Counted from the stretch's first letter, positions 40,693-51,579 are shown. The stretch: DNA of 64,000 nucleotides from Promethearchaeota archaeon (GCA_029838195.1 JALGVJ010000017.1:96001-160000), one strand, 5' to 3'. The notes: generated by a model not told the origin, from the sequence alone. Made by a program: numbers and translations.

Positions 40693-42111
40693 ATGAGTCA
40701 ATTGAAAAGCCAAAATGAAGCTTCTAATGAGAGTTATACCCTTAAGGATCGAATTTTTTTCGGAATAAGTGCCATTCCTGATCAGTTAACCTATCAATCC
40801 TTTACTCTTCTTGTATTCACTTATTATTTTGCTGTTATAGGCTTGGACGTCTTACTCGTAATGACTTGCTATATCATCTGGGGTGTTTGGAATGCGGTAA
40901 ACGATCCCGTCCTTGGGGCCCTCTCAGATCGGACGAGATTTAAAAAAAGATTCGGGAAGCGCAAGTTTTACTTTATTATCTCAATCATACCTCTAAGTTT
41001 GATCATGGTATTGTTATTCTCAGTACCTATTACTAATTCGTTTATTGAATTTATTTATTTTATTATAGTAATTTTAACTTTCGAGCTCGTATATACAATG
41101 TATAGTGTCAATGTGAATGCAATTTTTCCGGAAATGTTTCCTACGGAAAATGAAAGAGCAAAAACAAATATATTTATCAAAGGATTTACAGTTATTGCCG
41201 TTATTTGTGCCAGTCTTCTTCCAACAATTATCATTTCGCCCATGGTTCCGGTTGAACAAAACCCCTCTGTGGAAACAATTCTACATTTTCGATCAATGTA
41301 TATCATAGCAGGATTAATTCTTGGTGTTATTATACTTTTAACAGGAATTCTATTCATATCTAAAGGAGTGAGAGAAAAAGAAGAACATTTGGAAGATTTT
41401 GAAAATCGTCCGAAATTTTTTGAATCGCTGAAATTCTGTCTAAAAAACAAGACATTTTTAAAATTTACTGTTGCAAACATGTGTATATGGTATTGCTTTA
41501 CAACTTTATTGACGATATTCCCCTTATATTGTACGTGGGTTCTTGGTTATAAAGAAGAATCAATGCTTATCGGTATTGCTTTGATGCTTGCTTTAATTGT
41601 TGCGGCATTAGTCTTACCAATGTATAAAAAAATTGGTCAAAAAATTGGAATGAGGAATGGTTTAATCCTTGCTGAAGTATTATGGATTGGCTTATTATTC
41701 CCTTTTATTCTTCTTAATAATGATCCAAATATTAGAATGTTTGGTATTCTTGTTACAGCTTCTCAAGGATTGGCTTTAGGGGGGGCATTGTTTTATGTGG
41801 ATATTTTAATCGGCGATGTCATAGATGCAGATGAGGTTCAATTTGGAATGAAGAGATCAGCAAGTTATTATGGAGTTAATGCTTTTATTCATAGATTCTC
41901 TCAAATTTTTTCAATGATTACAATAGGACTTATTTTTTCAGGAACGGGGTGGTCACAATATCAACCTAATCCAGGTGCTAATATATTATTGGGTTTAAAA
42001 TCGATAATTTTTCTTTTTCCGGCAATTGCACTGATAATTTCAATATTGTGTTTAAAATCTTTTGAATTACATGGCCAAAAATTGAAAGAAATGAGAGAAA
42101 AAAAACAATAA
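40693..42111 (+). CDS. MFS transporter, GPH/MelB family
   Basis: 'WNAVNDPVLGALSDRT', 'FPEMF', 'GDVIDADE..G.KR...YYG'. Confidence 0.9.
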   Translation: MSQLKSQNEASNESYTLKDRIFFGISAIPDQLTYQSFTLLVFTYYFAVIGLDVLLVMTCYIIWGVWNAVNDPVLGALSDRTRFKKRFGKRKFYFIISIIPLSLIMVLLFSVPITNSFIEFIYFIIVILTFELVYTMYSVNVNAIFPEMFPTENERAKTNIFIKGFTVIAVICASLLPTIIISPMVPVEQNPSVETILHFRSMYIIAGLILGVIILLTGILFISKGVREKEEHLEDFENRPKFFESLKFCLKNKTFLKFTVANMCIWYCFTTLLTIFPLYCTWVLGYKEESMLIGIALMLALIVAALVLPMYKKIGQKIGMRNGLILAEVLWIGLLFPFILLNNDPNIRMFGILVTASQGLALGGALFYVDILIGDVIDADEVQFGMKRSASYYGVNAFIHRFSQIFSMITIGLIFSGTGWSQYQPNPGANILLGLKSIIFLFPAIALIISILCLKSFELHGQKLKEMREKKQ

Positions 42112-42490
42112 AATAATTTGACATCGATTATTTTTTTTTAACTCATCTTCTTTTTTTTAAATAATTTTTCAATTCAATTCTCAATATCAAACATTATTTA
42201 AAATTATATTTAGGGTAAGATATACACTTTTAAAAAGCATGAAGTTCTTTTGTAAAAACCTATAATTACATCATTAAAAACTTTAAAAATGATAATGAAC
42301 TACCTGATAAACGCTTTTTTAAAGAACTTTTTCTCATTATTCAATGCGTGAAATAATGGAAAAAGGAATTGTCGTTCTTTCTAATAATAAAATAATCGAA
42401 TTGTTTTAATATTTTTCTCAATATCAAAAAAGATATGAAAATTGGAAATTTAAAATAAAATATTGCATTTGAACTGCTTTTTACTGCTTT

Positions 42491-43096
42491 TTAAACTCTA
42501 ACATTTAATTCTCGTAATTTTTCCCTAATATCCGTATCGGGTTTTACCCAAATTACTTTCATTCCCAAATTTTTAGCGGGTGTGAGAAACCCTTTAATAT
42601 CATCCAAAAAAACCGATTGCCGTGGATTAATATTAAAAGTTTCAATAAGAGCTTTATAAATTCGAATATCCGGCTTGATAACTTTAATTTCCCATGAAAG
42701 TATTTTTCCATCAAAAAAAGTAAAAAAATCATAGATGCGTTTTACATGCTCATAAGCTTCTTTAATAAAATTAGATACAATATATAATTTATACCCATTT
42801 TGCTTTAAATCTTTTAAAACTTGAATGTTCTTCTCAATTGGTTTTAAAATATCCATCCAATTGGCTAAAAAAGGAATTAATAAATCTGTTTCTTCCGGAT
42901 ACGTGTTAATAAAATAGTTTTCCGCTTCTCTCATGGTAATTAATCCTTGATCTAATTTCCACCATGTTTGACTTCGCGTTATCTTATTTAAAAAGGTATT
43001 AATTCGGGCCGTATCTCGTGTATATTGTTTTAAATAATTTTCTGGCTTGAAAGATAATAATACATTTCCTAAATCGAAAATGATGTTTTTTATCAT
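42491..43096 (-). CDS. HAD-family phosphatase (YihX-like)
   Basis: FDLGNVL, 'SN', 'KPD..IY', 'FLDD'. Confidence 0.92.
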   Translation of the reverse strand: MIKNIIFDLGNVLLSFKPENYLKQYTRDTARINTFLNKITRSQTWWKLDQGLITMREAENYFINTYPEETDLLIPFLANWMDILKPIEKNIQVLKDLKQNGYKLYIVSNFIKEAYEHVKRIYDFFTFFDGKILSWEIKVIKPDIRIYKALIETFNINPRQSVFLDDIKGFLTPAKNLGMKVIWVKPDTDIREKLRELNVRV

Positions 43097-43392
43097 TCAT
43101 GCTCTCCTGGAATGATTAAATGAAATTATTAACAAGAAAAATGAATGCCCTCAAAAGAATTTTTTATTAATTATCGATATTCTTCTTAAATTTTTATTTA
43201 TACAATTTTATCACAATAATCAGTAATTATTCGTTTAAAGGATTAGAAATTATCATTTTTCCTCGTCTAAAGAGGTAATAAATTTCTATTCTATTAAAAT
43301 GAGGATAAATGCTACATTTATTTTTACCTTTAAAAGTCGAAAGAATTTTAAAAAGAAAAATTCATTATTAAATTGTTAATTAATAATAAGGG

Positions 43393-44130
43393 GTGATTAC
43401 AATAATAGAATTTACACCATTAGAACTCTTACAAGGGAGTTTAACTCTTGGTTTTGTAGTGATTTCCACATTTTTGGGGTTATTAATAATGATAAAATAT
43501 CGTAAAATTAAATTAAAAGTGCTTTTATTTGTCGGGATTTCATGGATTTTGCTCATGAGTCCTTATTGGCCTGATGCGATTAATTTTATCATGGGATTAT
43601 CGATTGGAGAATTATTAAATCATCAAACTTACTTCTTCTTAGCAAATGGATTAATCCCAATTGTACACGTGACATGGCTTTTTGCCTTTACTGAGTTATT
43701 ATATAAAAACAAGCAGCGATTAATCGTGCTAATTTTTACTATTGAAGCCATCATGTTCGAAATTTTCTTTTTGTATTTTCTATTTACGATTCCTGAACAA
43801 ATTGGAACTCAAATGGCTCCATTTTACGTGGAATGGACGGATTTTATCGTATTTTACTTGCTCTTCTCTATTATCGTATTTTTAGCCACCGGATTATTAT
43901 TTGCCGGAAAAAGTATTAGGTCAGAGAACGAGGAAGTACGATTGAAAGGGAAATTCCTTTTGATAGCTTTCGTTTCTTTTGCCATTGGAACATTTATAGA
44001 CGCCATTGGAGGCTTAACTGAAATCACATTAGTTCTTGCAAGAACTTTCGTTACAATCGGAGCCATCATGTTTTATATTGGTTTTATACTGCCACGATTT
44101 GTTAAAAACGTATTCATACGAGAAGAATAA
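43393..44130 (+). CDS. Stand-alone 7TM membrane protein (paralog 3)
   Basis: 245 aa; 'FT.LEL..G', 'KY', 'SPYW', 'LIPI', 'KS..S....V..KGK.L..AF..F.IG..ID', 'FYIG..LP'. Confidence 0.85.
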   Translation: MITIIEFTPLELLQGSLTLGFVVISTFLGLLIMIKYRKIKLKVLLFVGISWILLMSPYWPDAINFIMGLSIGELLNHQTYFFLANGLIPIVHVTWLFAFTELLYKNKQRLIVLIFTIEAIMFEIFFLYFLFTIPEQIGTQMAPFYVEWTDFIVFYLLFSIIVFLATGLLFAGKSIRSENEEVRLKGKFLLIAFVSFAIGTFIDAIGGLTEITLVLARTFVTIGAIMFYIGFILPRFVKNVFIREE

Positions 44131-44383
44131 AGGGAATAAACTATAGCAATAATAAAAATATTTTCTCTTTTTCCTAAAAAAATATTTTTTGAGGATTTTT
44201 AAAGTGCTGTATAAATTAGAATATTTATTTTTTTTATTATATCTTCTTCATTTTCACCTTATTCGTTTATTTAACATTTAAATTCTGCTAATTCGGAGAA
44301 AAAAATAATTTTCTATGCAAGAATCTTCTTTGTGATGTTTACCACAAAAATTTAAGTAGCTTTTAAGTCCACTATTTATTAAC

Positions 44384-44780
44384 ATGGCAGATAATTTTTG
44401 CGTTTTGGTTCGGATTGATAAGAAAATTCGCAAATCATTTTCTAGTTGATGATAAAACCGTTTCGCATGCTTTTAGCATTTGCACAAATGTTAACCCTCC
44501 AGAATTGAATGAAGTAGAATGGACTCCTGAAAACGTGAAAAAATATAAACGGGAGATAGGGGATTGATGTGTATTATATTCGGGTCAATTTCCCGATTAT
44601 CATGAATTGTTGTATGATAGAAGAATCAATGAAAATCTATCTAACAGAACCTCTGAAGTGCATTTTATACATCGAATTTCCGCCTTTATTTACATAAAAC
44701 CCAATAATTATACAAAGTATTTCATTAAGGATGAGCAAGCTCCTAATTCCACGGGATATATGTTCAATACTCTAATTATA
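44384..44780 (+). pseudogene. Fragment of a conserved hypothetical protein with an in-frame stop
   Basis: ...WTPENVKKYKREIGD*CVLYSGQFPDYHELLYDRRINENLSNRTSEVHFIHR...; protein-like composition; ends at the GC-rich element. Confidence 0.55.
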
Positions 44781-44794
44781 AATTTAAACAAACA

Positions 44795-44925
44795 GTCCTA
44801 TCATCCCGTCGTTAGAGGAAACGGGAAAGATCGATGATGCATCACGGCGGCGAGAGGCCACCGCATGCGAGATGATCTTGAAGTAATAACGCCGAGAGGC
44901 GGGCGGAATTCGAGTTTATCCAAAA
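44795..44925 (+). ncRNA. Candidate structured non-coding RNA, family not recognised
   Basis: GC-rich island with stems TCCCGT/ACGGGA, AAGAT..CATC/GATG-ATCTT, CGGCGGC-GAGAG-GCCACCG and CGCC-GAGA-GGCG (GNRA loop); TATA-like ttataaatttaaa just upstream. Confidence 0.55.
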
Positions 44926-45007
44926 AGCTGAAAAGAAATAAGAAAAATAAAAAAAAGTCCGAATTAAAGGGAAATTAGCATGATTATTTTTTTTCTAACC
45001 AATTTTT

Positions 45008-45922
45008 TCATTCGAGTTCTTTGATCAATTTGAAATAGATAAACATCATCCATCCAATCAAGCCAACGTGCAAAATATCATTAGCATTGAACCATATCCC
45101 ATGTGACCACAAAATAGAGGCCACACCGGAGAAGTAATAAGCGAAATACACTGACATCACGATTGCCAGAAAAATCCATATCCTTATTAAAGATAATTCT
45201 ACCTTAGCTTTTGTTTTCCGGTATTCTACAATATTTTGAATGAATAATAAAATAAAACTACTTAATTGAAACACCACCATCATTTCGAAGGAAATTAAAA
45301 ACCGATTCACTAAAACCATACCGAAAGATAAGATTAGAAAATATGAGCAAAGATTGACGCCGGCATAAACTTTCATGGTTTTTTGAACCTTTTCGGATTG
45401 ACGCAAAAATGATTGAGCCAATACCATCCCGTTTATGCTGATTACGGTTAAAGCTAAGTATCCGATCTCCCACCAAGTGGTCCACAAGCAGTATTCTTGT
45501 CCACGACATTTTAATTCATAAAAAAATGCTTGATAACTGGTTCCCGCAAATAATGTGCCGATACCCCATATAATCAGAGAAATTCCCCACATTTCAACAA
45601 ATTTTATTTTATCTTTACCATTTGTACGCAATTTTCGAGTTTTTGAAGATTTCGATAAGAGAACGACGCCAATTATAATAGTGATTAGCCCTAATCCGTA
45701 AACGAAGATGGTGGAACTGGGTTCCGACCAAATAAAGGATAAGGTTCCCCAGTTCACTTCAATATATGGGTGAGTTGCTAAATACTCCACCGGTTTCATG
45801 TTAGGTTCTTGTAATAAGAGGGCTAGGTTGTTAAAGGTGATCAATACCACCAGAAAGATGAAAAAAGCTAGTAAATTAAAGATAATTAAAATTATATCCC
45901 ATCTAGATTTTTTTCCTTGCAT
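45008..45922 (-). CDS. Polytopic membrane protein (DUF6962-like)
   Basis: ~8 TM; 'EPSST', 'AGTSYQAF', 'WFNANDILH'; ATG at 45922 (ORF track starts at 45934). Confidence 0.6.
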   Translation of the reverse strand: MQGKKSRWDIILIIFNLLAFFIFLVVLITFNNLALLLQEPNMKPVEYLATHPYIEVNWGTLSFIWSEPSSTIFVYGLGLITIIIGVVLLSKSSKTRKLRTNGKDKIKFVEMWGISLIIWGIGTLFAGTSYQAFFYELKCRGQEYCLWTTWWEIGYLALTVISINGMVLAQSFLRQSEKVQKTMKVYAGVNLCSYFLILSFGMVLVNRFLISFEMMVVFQLSSFILLFIQNIVEYRKTKAKVELSLIRIWIFLAIVMSVYFAYYFSGVASILWSHGIWFNANDILHVGLIGWMMFIYFKLIKELE

Positions 45923-46110
45923 ACTAATATGCAAGTAATTCCTTTTTTAAAAATAATACCGTCAATACTTATTTAAAAACATTAAAGCTCTGCGTTTAAC
46001 AAACTAAGAAATTTTTAAAGAAAAAAGCAAAAAACAAGGCTATTTAAAGGAATTTCGTTTCTTAAAATTTTTCATTAATAATATCGAGGAGCGTATCTTG
46101 ACCAAAAATC

Positions 46111-47349
46111 CTAATAGTTAAAACCCTTTAACTGCTGTACCGTGGTGTACATGTCTTTACCACCTTTTCTTAAATAGTCCATGGCTTCCTCAATTCCTTC
46201 AATAGTTAAATTAAACATTGGAATTATTGAAGATATAACTTTTCTCGTCCAAGGCATCCACTCAAACCGAATGATCTCAGGATTTAACCATACCACGTTG
46301 TTTTTAAAATGATTCGCAATTTCTTTTAGATAATAAATACCGGGTAGTTCATTACGGTGATAATAATAAATTGAGCCGTACTTTTCAGTCAACTCATAAG
46401 AAGCCATTGCGGCATCCCCAACAATGCAAACTTTATAGGAGCTGTTATATTTTTTGAGAAAATCCTCGAATGAAATGGACTCATCGGGATTTCTCTGAGC
46501 GTTAAAATACAACGATTCATAAATGCAGTTGTGAAAATAATAGTATTTAAAATCTTTCCAATGGGACATGTTATGGGCAGCTGAGAATAAGAGATTTACC
46601 AAATGAGCGTATGGTGTCATGGATCCCCCGACATCCATCAATAATATGAGTTTCACCTCATTCTTGCGTCGTTTGTCAAATACAATTTCAATATCTCCGC
46701 CATTTTTGGCCGTTTTGTCTATCGTTTTATCAATGTTTAATTCATTTCTTTTTCCAATTTCCTCCAATTTTCTAAGCCGTTTAAGAGCAACTTTTATTTG
46801 TCGGGTATCTAAAACAATATCTTTTCGGTAATCTTGAAAAATGCGTTTTTGAGCTATTTGAATCGCCATGCGCATGCCCGAATTACCCCCTACTCGCATT
46901 CCCATGGGGTTTTGTCCCATGTTTCCAAATTGAGAATCTCCTTGCGTTCCAATCCAATGATGACCAAAATTATGTTCTTCATCTTGTTTCTTCATTAATT
47001 CTTCAAAATGCTTCTGTAATTCTTCAATATTAAAGTCGTACATCATGTCCTTAAACATTTGAGACATTTCTTCTAATTCGGCAGAATCGAACTTCTTCTC
47101 CAGCCAATCCCAAATTTGCTTTTTTATATCTTCGGGAAAAGAAAGGCGTGCATCACGAAAATAGTTCGCAAAAGCGATATCATACACGTCATATTGGTGC
47201 TCATTTTTACAGAGAATCGAACGAGAAGTATAATAAAATTCTACCATGTTATGAACAAGACCTTTATCCAAAGCTTCCATGAGAGTCATGTACTCATGGA
47301 TGGAAACGGGCAATCTCTCCTTCAAGTAATAAAAAAAATCAATGAACAT
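46111..47349 (-). CDS. VWA domain protein, CoxE-like (MoxR partner)
   Basis: 'MFIDFFY.L', 'WIGT.G.S.FG', 'LLMDVGGSM', 'YFHNC.Y', 'VGDA.M...EL', 'WLNP'. Confidence 0.9.
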   Translation of the reverse strand: MFIDFFYYLKERLPVSIHEYMTLMEALDKGLVHNMVEFYYTSRSILCKNEHQYDVYDIAFANYFRDARLSFPEDIKKQIWDWLEKKFDSAELEEMSQMFKDMMYDFNIEELQKHFEELMKKQDEEHNFGHHWIGTQGDSQFGNMGQNPMGMRVGGNSGMRMAIQIAQKRIFQDYRKDIVLDTRQIKVALKRLRKLEEIGKRNELNIDKTIDKTAKNGGDIEIVFDKRRKNEVKLILLMDVGGSMTPYAHLVNLLFSAAHNMSHWKDFKYYYFHNCIYESLYFNAQRNPDESISFEDFLKKYNSSYKVCIVGDAAMASYELTEKYGSIYYYHRNELPGIYYLKEIANHFKNNVVWLNPEIIRFEWMPWTRKVISSIIPMFNLTIEGIEEAMDYLRKGGKDMYTTVQQLKGFNY

Positions 47350-47558
47350 AATAATACATGAATCATTATTTTTTATTCGTTTTTACATGTTATAAAAATG
47401 ATAATCTTACAAAATAACAATGGCATTTTTTGCCTAAAATTTTTATTATTTTCACAAATTCATACCTCGTGAAAAAATAAACATAAATCAAAAAAAGTCT
47501 TTTTGTCAACTATTTTTATTTATTTTGTCTTGCATGCACAAATTTAAGTTATCATTTT

Positions 47559-47912
47559 TCAATAGATTCGATTTTTTTTTTTAATTTTTTCTTTATATTC
47601 TTGAATGTTAAATTTTTTAACACGATTAATTCCGATGTCCGCATCTTCTTCTGTTAGATCCAATTGAATATTATTTTTTCTACAATATTCGATGAATTCC
47701 CATAGAGTTATTCCGGCTAATTCTGCTGCTTTTCCTAAAGATAATTTTCTTTTTCTATATTCATTTAGCATTGTTTCAATTTTTACTTCTCGAATTGATT
47801 TATTTAGTAAATACCTTATGAGATTACTTCTATCCATATTGAGCAAGTTTTGTAAATTGTTAATTTCTTCATTCATTTTTTTTGGTATGATAATAGTTAT
47901 TCTTTTACTCAT
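47559..47912 (-). CDS. UPF0175-family antitoxin-like protein
   Basis: RHH-like N-terminus and 'LSLGKAAELAGITLWEF'; likely start MSKR. Confidence 0.8.
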   Translation of the reverse strand: MSKRITIIIPKKMNEEINNLQNLLNMDRSNLIRYLLNKSIREVKIETMLNEYRKRKLSLGKAAELAGITLWEFIEYCRKNNIQLDLTEEDADIGINRVKKFNIQEYKEKIKKKNRIY

Positions 47913-47929
47913 AATTTTTCCCCTCATTT

Positions 47930-48240
47930 TAATATTTTTGATAAACCAATGCTCCTAACCAACCATCTGAAGAATATCTTGCAAGATTTATAACATATTC
48001 CTCCGTATTTATAATATCATTTTTTAATAAAAGTAATAAAGTATCGGTTGTTGTTAAAAACTTAATTTTGTGTTATTCTGCTAAAATCCTTGCTTTTTTT
48101 TCATCTATTATGAGAATACAATCAAAATATTTTGCTAATTGAATAGATTCTGATTCTCCGGGATGTAAATAATTCGTTAATAATGAATCAGGATTTTATA
48201 CATGAATTATTTTTATTTTATTATCAAATTATAATTCGTT
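47930..48240 (-). pseudogene. DUF3368-type PIN-domain toxin, 5'-truncated with internal stops
   Basis: Manual translation: V*NPDSLLTNYLHPGESESIQLAKYFDCILIIDEKKARILAE*HKIKF... Confidence 0.75.
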
Positions 48241-48384
48241 AAAAATTATAAAAACTTAAATTGGAAATCTTACCTTATCCAAAACAAAAAAAATCAATGA
48301 AAATGATATTTTTGCTGCATTATTTTTATTCGTTTGAACTATAATTTAAAAAGAATTTAATTTAACAAGAAAATATTAATTCTT

Positions 48385-49236
48385 TTAGATGGGAAATTTA
48401 ACTTTATCCAAAACGATCTCAAGATCTTTTTCCTTTTTAATTAAAACGCCGAGGAAAGGAATGTGATGCTTCATTTCATCCACTGTTATTCCACTTTTCA
48501 AGAGAACACCAATCCAATCAAGAAGTTCTGAAGTAGAAGGCATTTTTCTAAGTTGAGTAATGGTTCTTAACATGTAGAAATGCTTCAAACATTGATTTAA
48601 TAAATTTTCTTTTAAGTTTGGATAATGTAGCTTACAAATTTCTGCCATGAATTCCTTAGAGGGAAATTCAATATAATGAAATACACAGCGACGCAAAAAG
48701 GCATCAGGAAGCTCTTTTTCATTATTTGATGTGATGATGACGATGGGCCTGGTTTTTGCTTTTATGAATTCCCGAGTTTCTTTTATATAAAATTCCATGA
48801 CATCTAATTCTTGAAGTAAATCATTTGGAAATTCTATATCTGCTTTATCAATCTCATCTATTAGTAATACACATTGCTCTTCAGATACAAAAGCCTCCCC
48901 AAGGGGGCCAAGCGTGATGTAATCATGTATGTTATTCACATCCCTTTCATCGCTTCCAAATCTGCTGTCATTTAACCTCTGAACGGTATCGTACATGTAA
49001 CAACCGTCAATAGCCTCAGTGGTGCTTTTAATGTTCCAAATGATTAATCGCTTTCCTAGGGCTTCTGCTATGGCGTGAGCCAAGAGAGTTTTTCCCGTAC
49101 CAGGCTCTCCTTTTACGAGAAGCGGACGGCCCAGCGCAATAGATACATTTACTATATTTCTGAGTTGGGGATCTGCGATGTATTTAATCCTGTCAGTATT
49201 GACGTCTCCCTTAAATTGATTAAAGGATTGACTCAT
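48385..49236 (-). CDS. MoxR-family AAA+ ATPase
   Basis: GEPGTGKT, LLIDEIDKAD.EFPNDLL, 'TSN.EKELPDAFLRRC'. Confidence 0.95.
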   Translation of the reverse strand: MSQSFNQFKGDVNTDRIKYIADPQLRNIVNVSIALGRPLLVKGEPGTGKTLLAHAIAEALGKRLIIWNIKSTTEAIDGCYMYDTVQRLNDSRFGSDERDVNNIHDYITLGPLGEAFVSEEQCVLLIDEIDKADIEFPNDLLQELDVMEFYIKETREFIKAKTRPIVIITSNNEKELPDAFLRRCVFHYIEFPSKEFMAEICKLHYPNLKENLLNQCLKHFYMLRTITQLRKMPSTSELLDWIGVLLKSGITVDEMKHHIPFLGVLIKKEKDLEIVLDKVKFPI

Positions 49237-49395
49237 GCTTGAGTAAATTTTCTGAAAGATAAAAGTTTTTTGTTTAAATTAGAGAAGATAAAAAAATTAA
49301 AGGAATGAGAATATATAGAAAATAATTGAAATTCATGATGTTCTTTATTGAATACATGAATTTTTATTAAATCGTAATAAAGCACCAAGTGATTC

Positions 49396-50292
49396 ATGAT
49401 GGAAATAATACGCACGCCCGATGAGAGATTTGAAAATCTCGCGGGATATGATTTTAGACCTAATTATCTTCACGTTAATGGGCTTAGGCTTCATTACGTC
49501 GATGAAGGAACAGTAGCAAGCGAAACCATTCTATTAATGCATGGAGAACCGTCTTGGGCATTTTTATATCGGCACATGATACCTCCTTTGGTAGAATCCG
49601 GATTCAGAGTAATCGCGCCCGATTTAATCGGATTTGGCCGTTCGGATAAACCCATGAAACAAGCGGATCATTCTTATCAAAAACACGTGGAATGGATTGC
49701 AAGTTGGATGAAAACCATTAATCTTAAGAACATCACGATGTTCTGCCAAGATTGGGGTTCACTTATTGGGTTAAGGGTTGCTATAGAAAATAAAGAAAGA
49801 TTTAAACGGATCATTCTTGCAAATGGCGGGCTACCGACCGGCGAGCAACGCATGAATGAAGCTTTTTTAAGATGGAGAGAATTTTCCCGAAATTCTCGGC
49901 AATTTAAAATTGAAAGAATAATTCAAGGAGGAACCGTTACAAAATTAACTAAAAAGGTTTTACAAGGCTATGCAGCCCCCTTTCCAGACGATTCTTACAT
50001 GGCAGGGGCTCGCATCATGCCTTCTTTAGTTCCAATTAGCACGGATGACCCCGAGCATGAGGCTAACAAGAGAGCGATTGAAGAATATAAAAAATGGGAT
50101 ATTCCTTTCTTGACGGCATTTTCCGATAAGGACCCTATTACTCGAGGTGGAGAAAAATTTTGGCAAGAAAATGTTCCGGGAGCAAGAAATCAAGATCATA
50201 TTATCATTAAAAATGCGGGACATTTTTTACAAGAAGATAAAGGGTCCGAAATAGCGGAAGTTATCATTAAATTTATTGAAAAAAATCCTTGA
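49396..50292 (+). CDS. Haloalkane dehalogenase (HLD-I, DhmA-like)
   Basis: 'RTPDERF', MHGEPSW, 'PDLIGFGRSDKP', QDWG nucleophile, 'FSD.DPIT', HFLQED. Confidence 0.92.
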   Translation: MMEIIRTPDERFENLAGYDFRPNYLHVNGLRLHYVDEGTVASETILLMHGEPSWAFLYRHMIPPLVESGFRVIAPDLIGFGRSDKPMKQADHSYQKHVEWIASWMKTINLKNITMFCQDWGSLIGLRVAIENKERFKRIILANGGLPTGEQRMNEAFLRWREFSRNSRQFKIERIIQGGTVTKLTKKVLQGYAAPFPDDSYMAGARIMPSLVPISTDDPEHEANKRAIEEYKKWDIPFLTAFSDKDPITRGGEKFWQENVPGARNQDHIIIKNAGHFLQEDKGSEIAEVIIKFIEKNP

Positions 50293-50847
50293 TGAATTGT
50301 TTTTTCTTTCCTATTAAACAAACTACATGCGATTTTCCGATATCCAACCTTATATTTTTATTATTTATTAATTTTTTAATTTGTTTAAAATATTACATGT
50401 TTTTAGTGGTTGATCCGATATACCATTTTTATATAAAATTTACTTTTTTCATGGAAAAAATTCAATATTCTTGGGCGTTCATGTCCTTAGCTCCAATAAA
50501 TTATTTAGCTTTTTACTATCCATTTATTAGGGTCATTGTTTTAATTTCCATGAAAAGTTCTCATGTTTTTACTTTTTAAAAGATTAAAAATTTTTTTAAT
50601 GCATTTATTTATTCTCTATTTTATTTTTGTAGCTACATGTTCTCATGAACTTAAATTAAAATTATTTAATTAATCGTAATAGATTTCGGAACTATTATAA
50701 ACAATTTATTGACTTTCAATTTAACATATTACATTAAAGAGTATTCTCTTAATTATTTTTATTAAAGAGAATCTCTTCCATAAAATATAGCGCAATGTTT
50801 TTTTACCTTTATTTATCCTAAAATAGGATATAATTCCGTGAATAGAT

Positions 50848-51579
50848 ATGAAAAAATTTCTAACTGTTTTTGGAATCGTGCATTGGGGGCTTATTGGGTT
50901 TTTGATTTATTATTCCATTTTCGTTTTAAAAATAAATTGGAGCTGGATTTTATTTGGCTTTCTCGTTTACTTGGTATTTTTTTTCTTAGTAATTGTTCGA
51001 ATTATTCGCCATTACTATCATTTCCCCATTCCTTCTATCATGACTCAAGTTATTGATAATCCCTTGCGGAGGAAATTCATTCAAAATCCTGAAATTATTG
51101 CGGATAGAATGCAACTTGAACCCGGAATGAACATTGTAGAGATCGGCCCAGGTAAAGGACATTATACAATTGCCGTGGCAAAACGTATTTTACCCGATGG
51201 AAAAGTATACGCAGTAGATATTTCAGAAAAAGTTATTAACCTTTTGAAAAGAAAGATAGAAAAAGAAAGAATTACTAACATCATTCCTCAAATAGAAAAT
51301 GCACATGCTTTTTCTTTTTCTAATGAAAGCATAGACCGAGTATTTGCAATTGCTTGCTTACCAGAAATTCCTGAACCGGTAAAAGTATTGAAAGAATGTT
51401 ATAGAATCTTAAAGCCAATGGGATTAGTAAGCCTTTGCGAATTATTTATCGATCCAGATTATCCTCGCAGAAAAACAGAAATGAAATGGGCAAGAAAAGC
51501 GGGATTCGAATTGGAGCAAGGATTCGGAAATTGGTTTGCCTATCAATTAAATTTTCGTAAAAAGTTCAATAAATTTTGA
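50848..51579 (+). CDS. Class I SAM-dependent methyltransferase with two N-terminal TM helices
   Basis: 'VEIGPGKG', 'YAVDI', 'SID.VF', 'RILKP.G'. Confidence 0.85.
   Translation: MKKFLTVFGIVHWGLIGFLIYYSIFVLKINWSWILFGFLVYLVFFFLVIVRIIRHYYHFPIPSIMTQVIDNPLRRKFIQNPEIIADRMQLEPGMNIVEIGPGKGHYTIAVAKRILPDGKVYAVDISEKVINLLKRKIEKERITNIIPQIENAHAFSFSNESIDRVFAIACLPEIPEPVKVLKECYRILKPMGLVSLCELFIDPDYPRRKTEMKWARKAGFELEQGFGNWFAYQLNFRKKFNKF

Noticed and set aside
44795-44925. Assignment as tRNA-Sec, SAM-I riboswitch, RNase P or SRP RNA
   Set aside because: The minus-strand CTTCAA has no anticodon stem, and only scattered words match the other consensus sequences; kept as unassigned ncRNA
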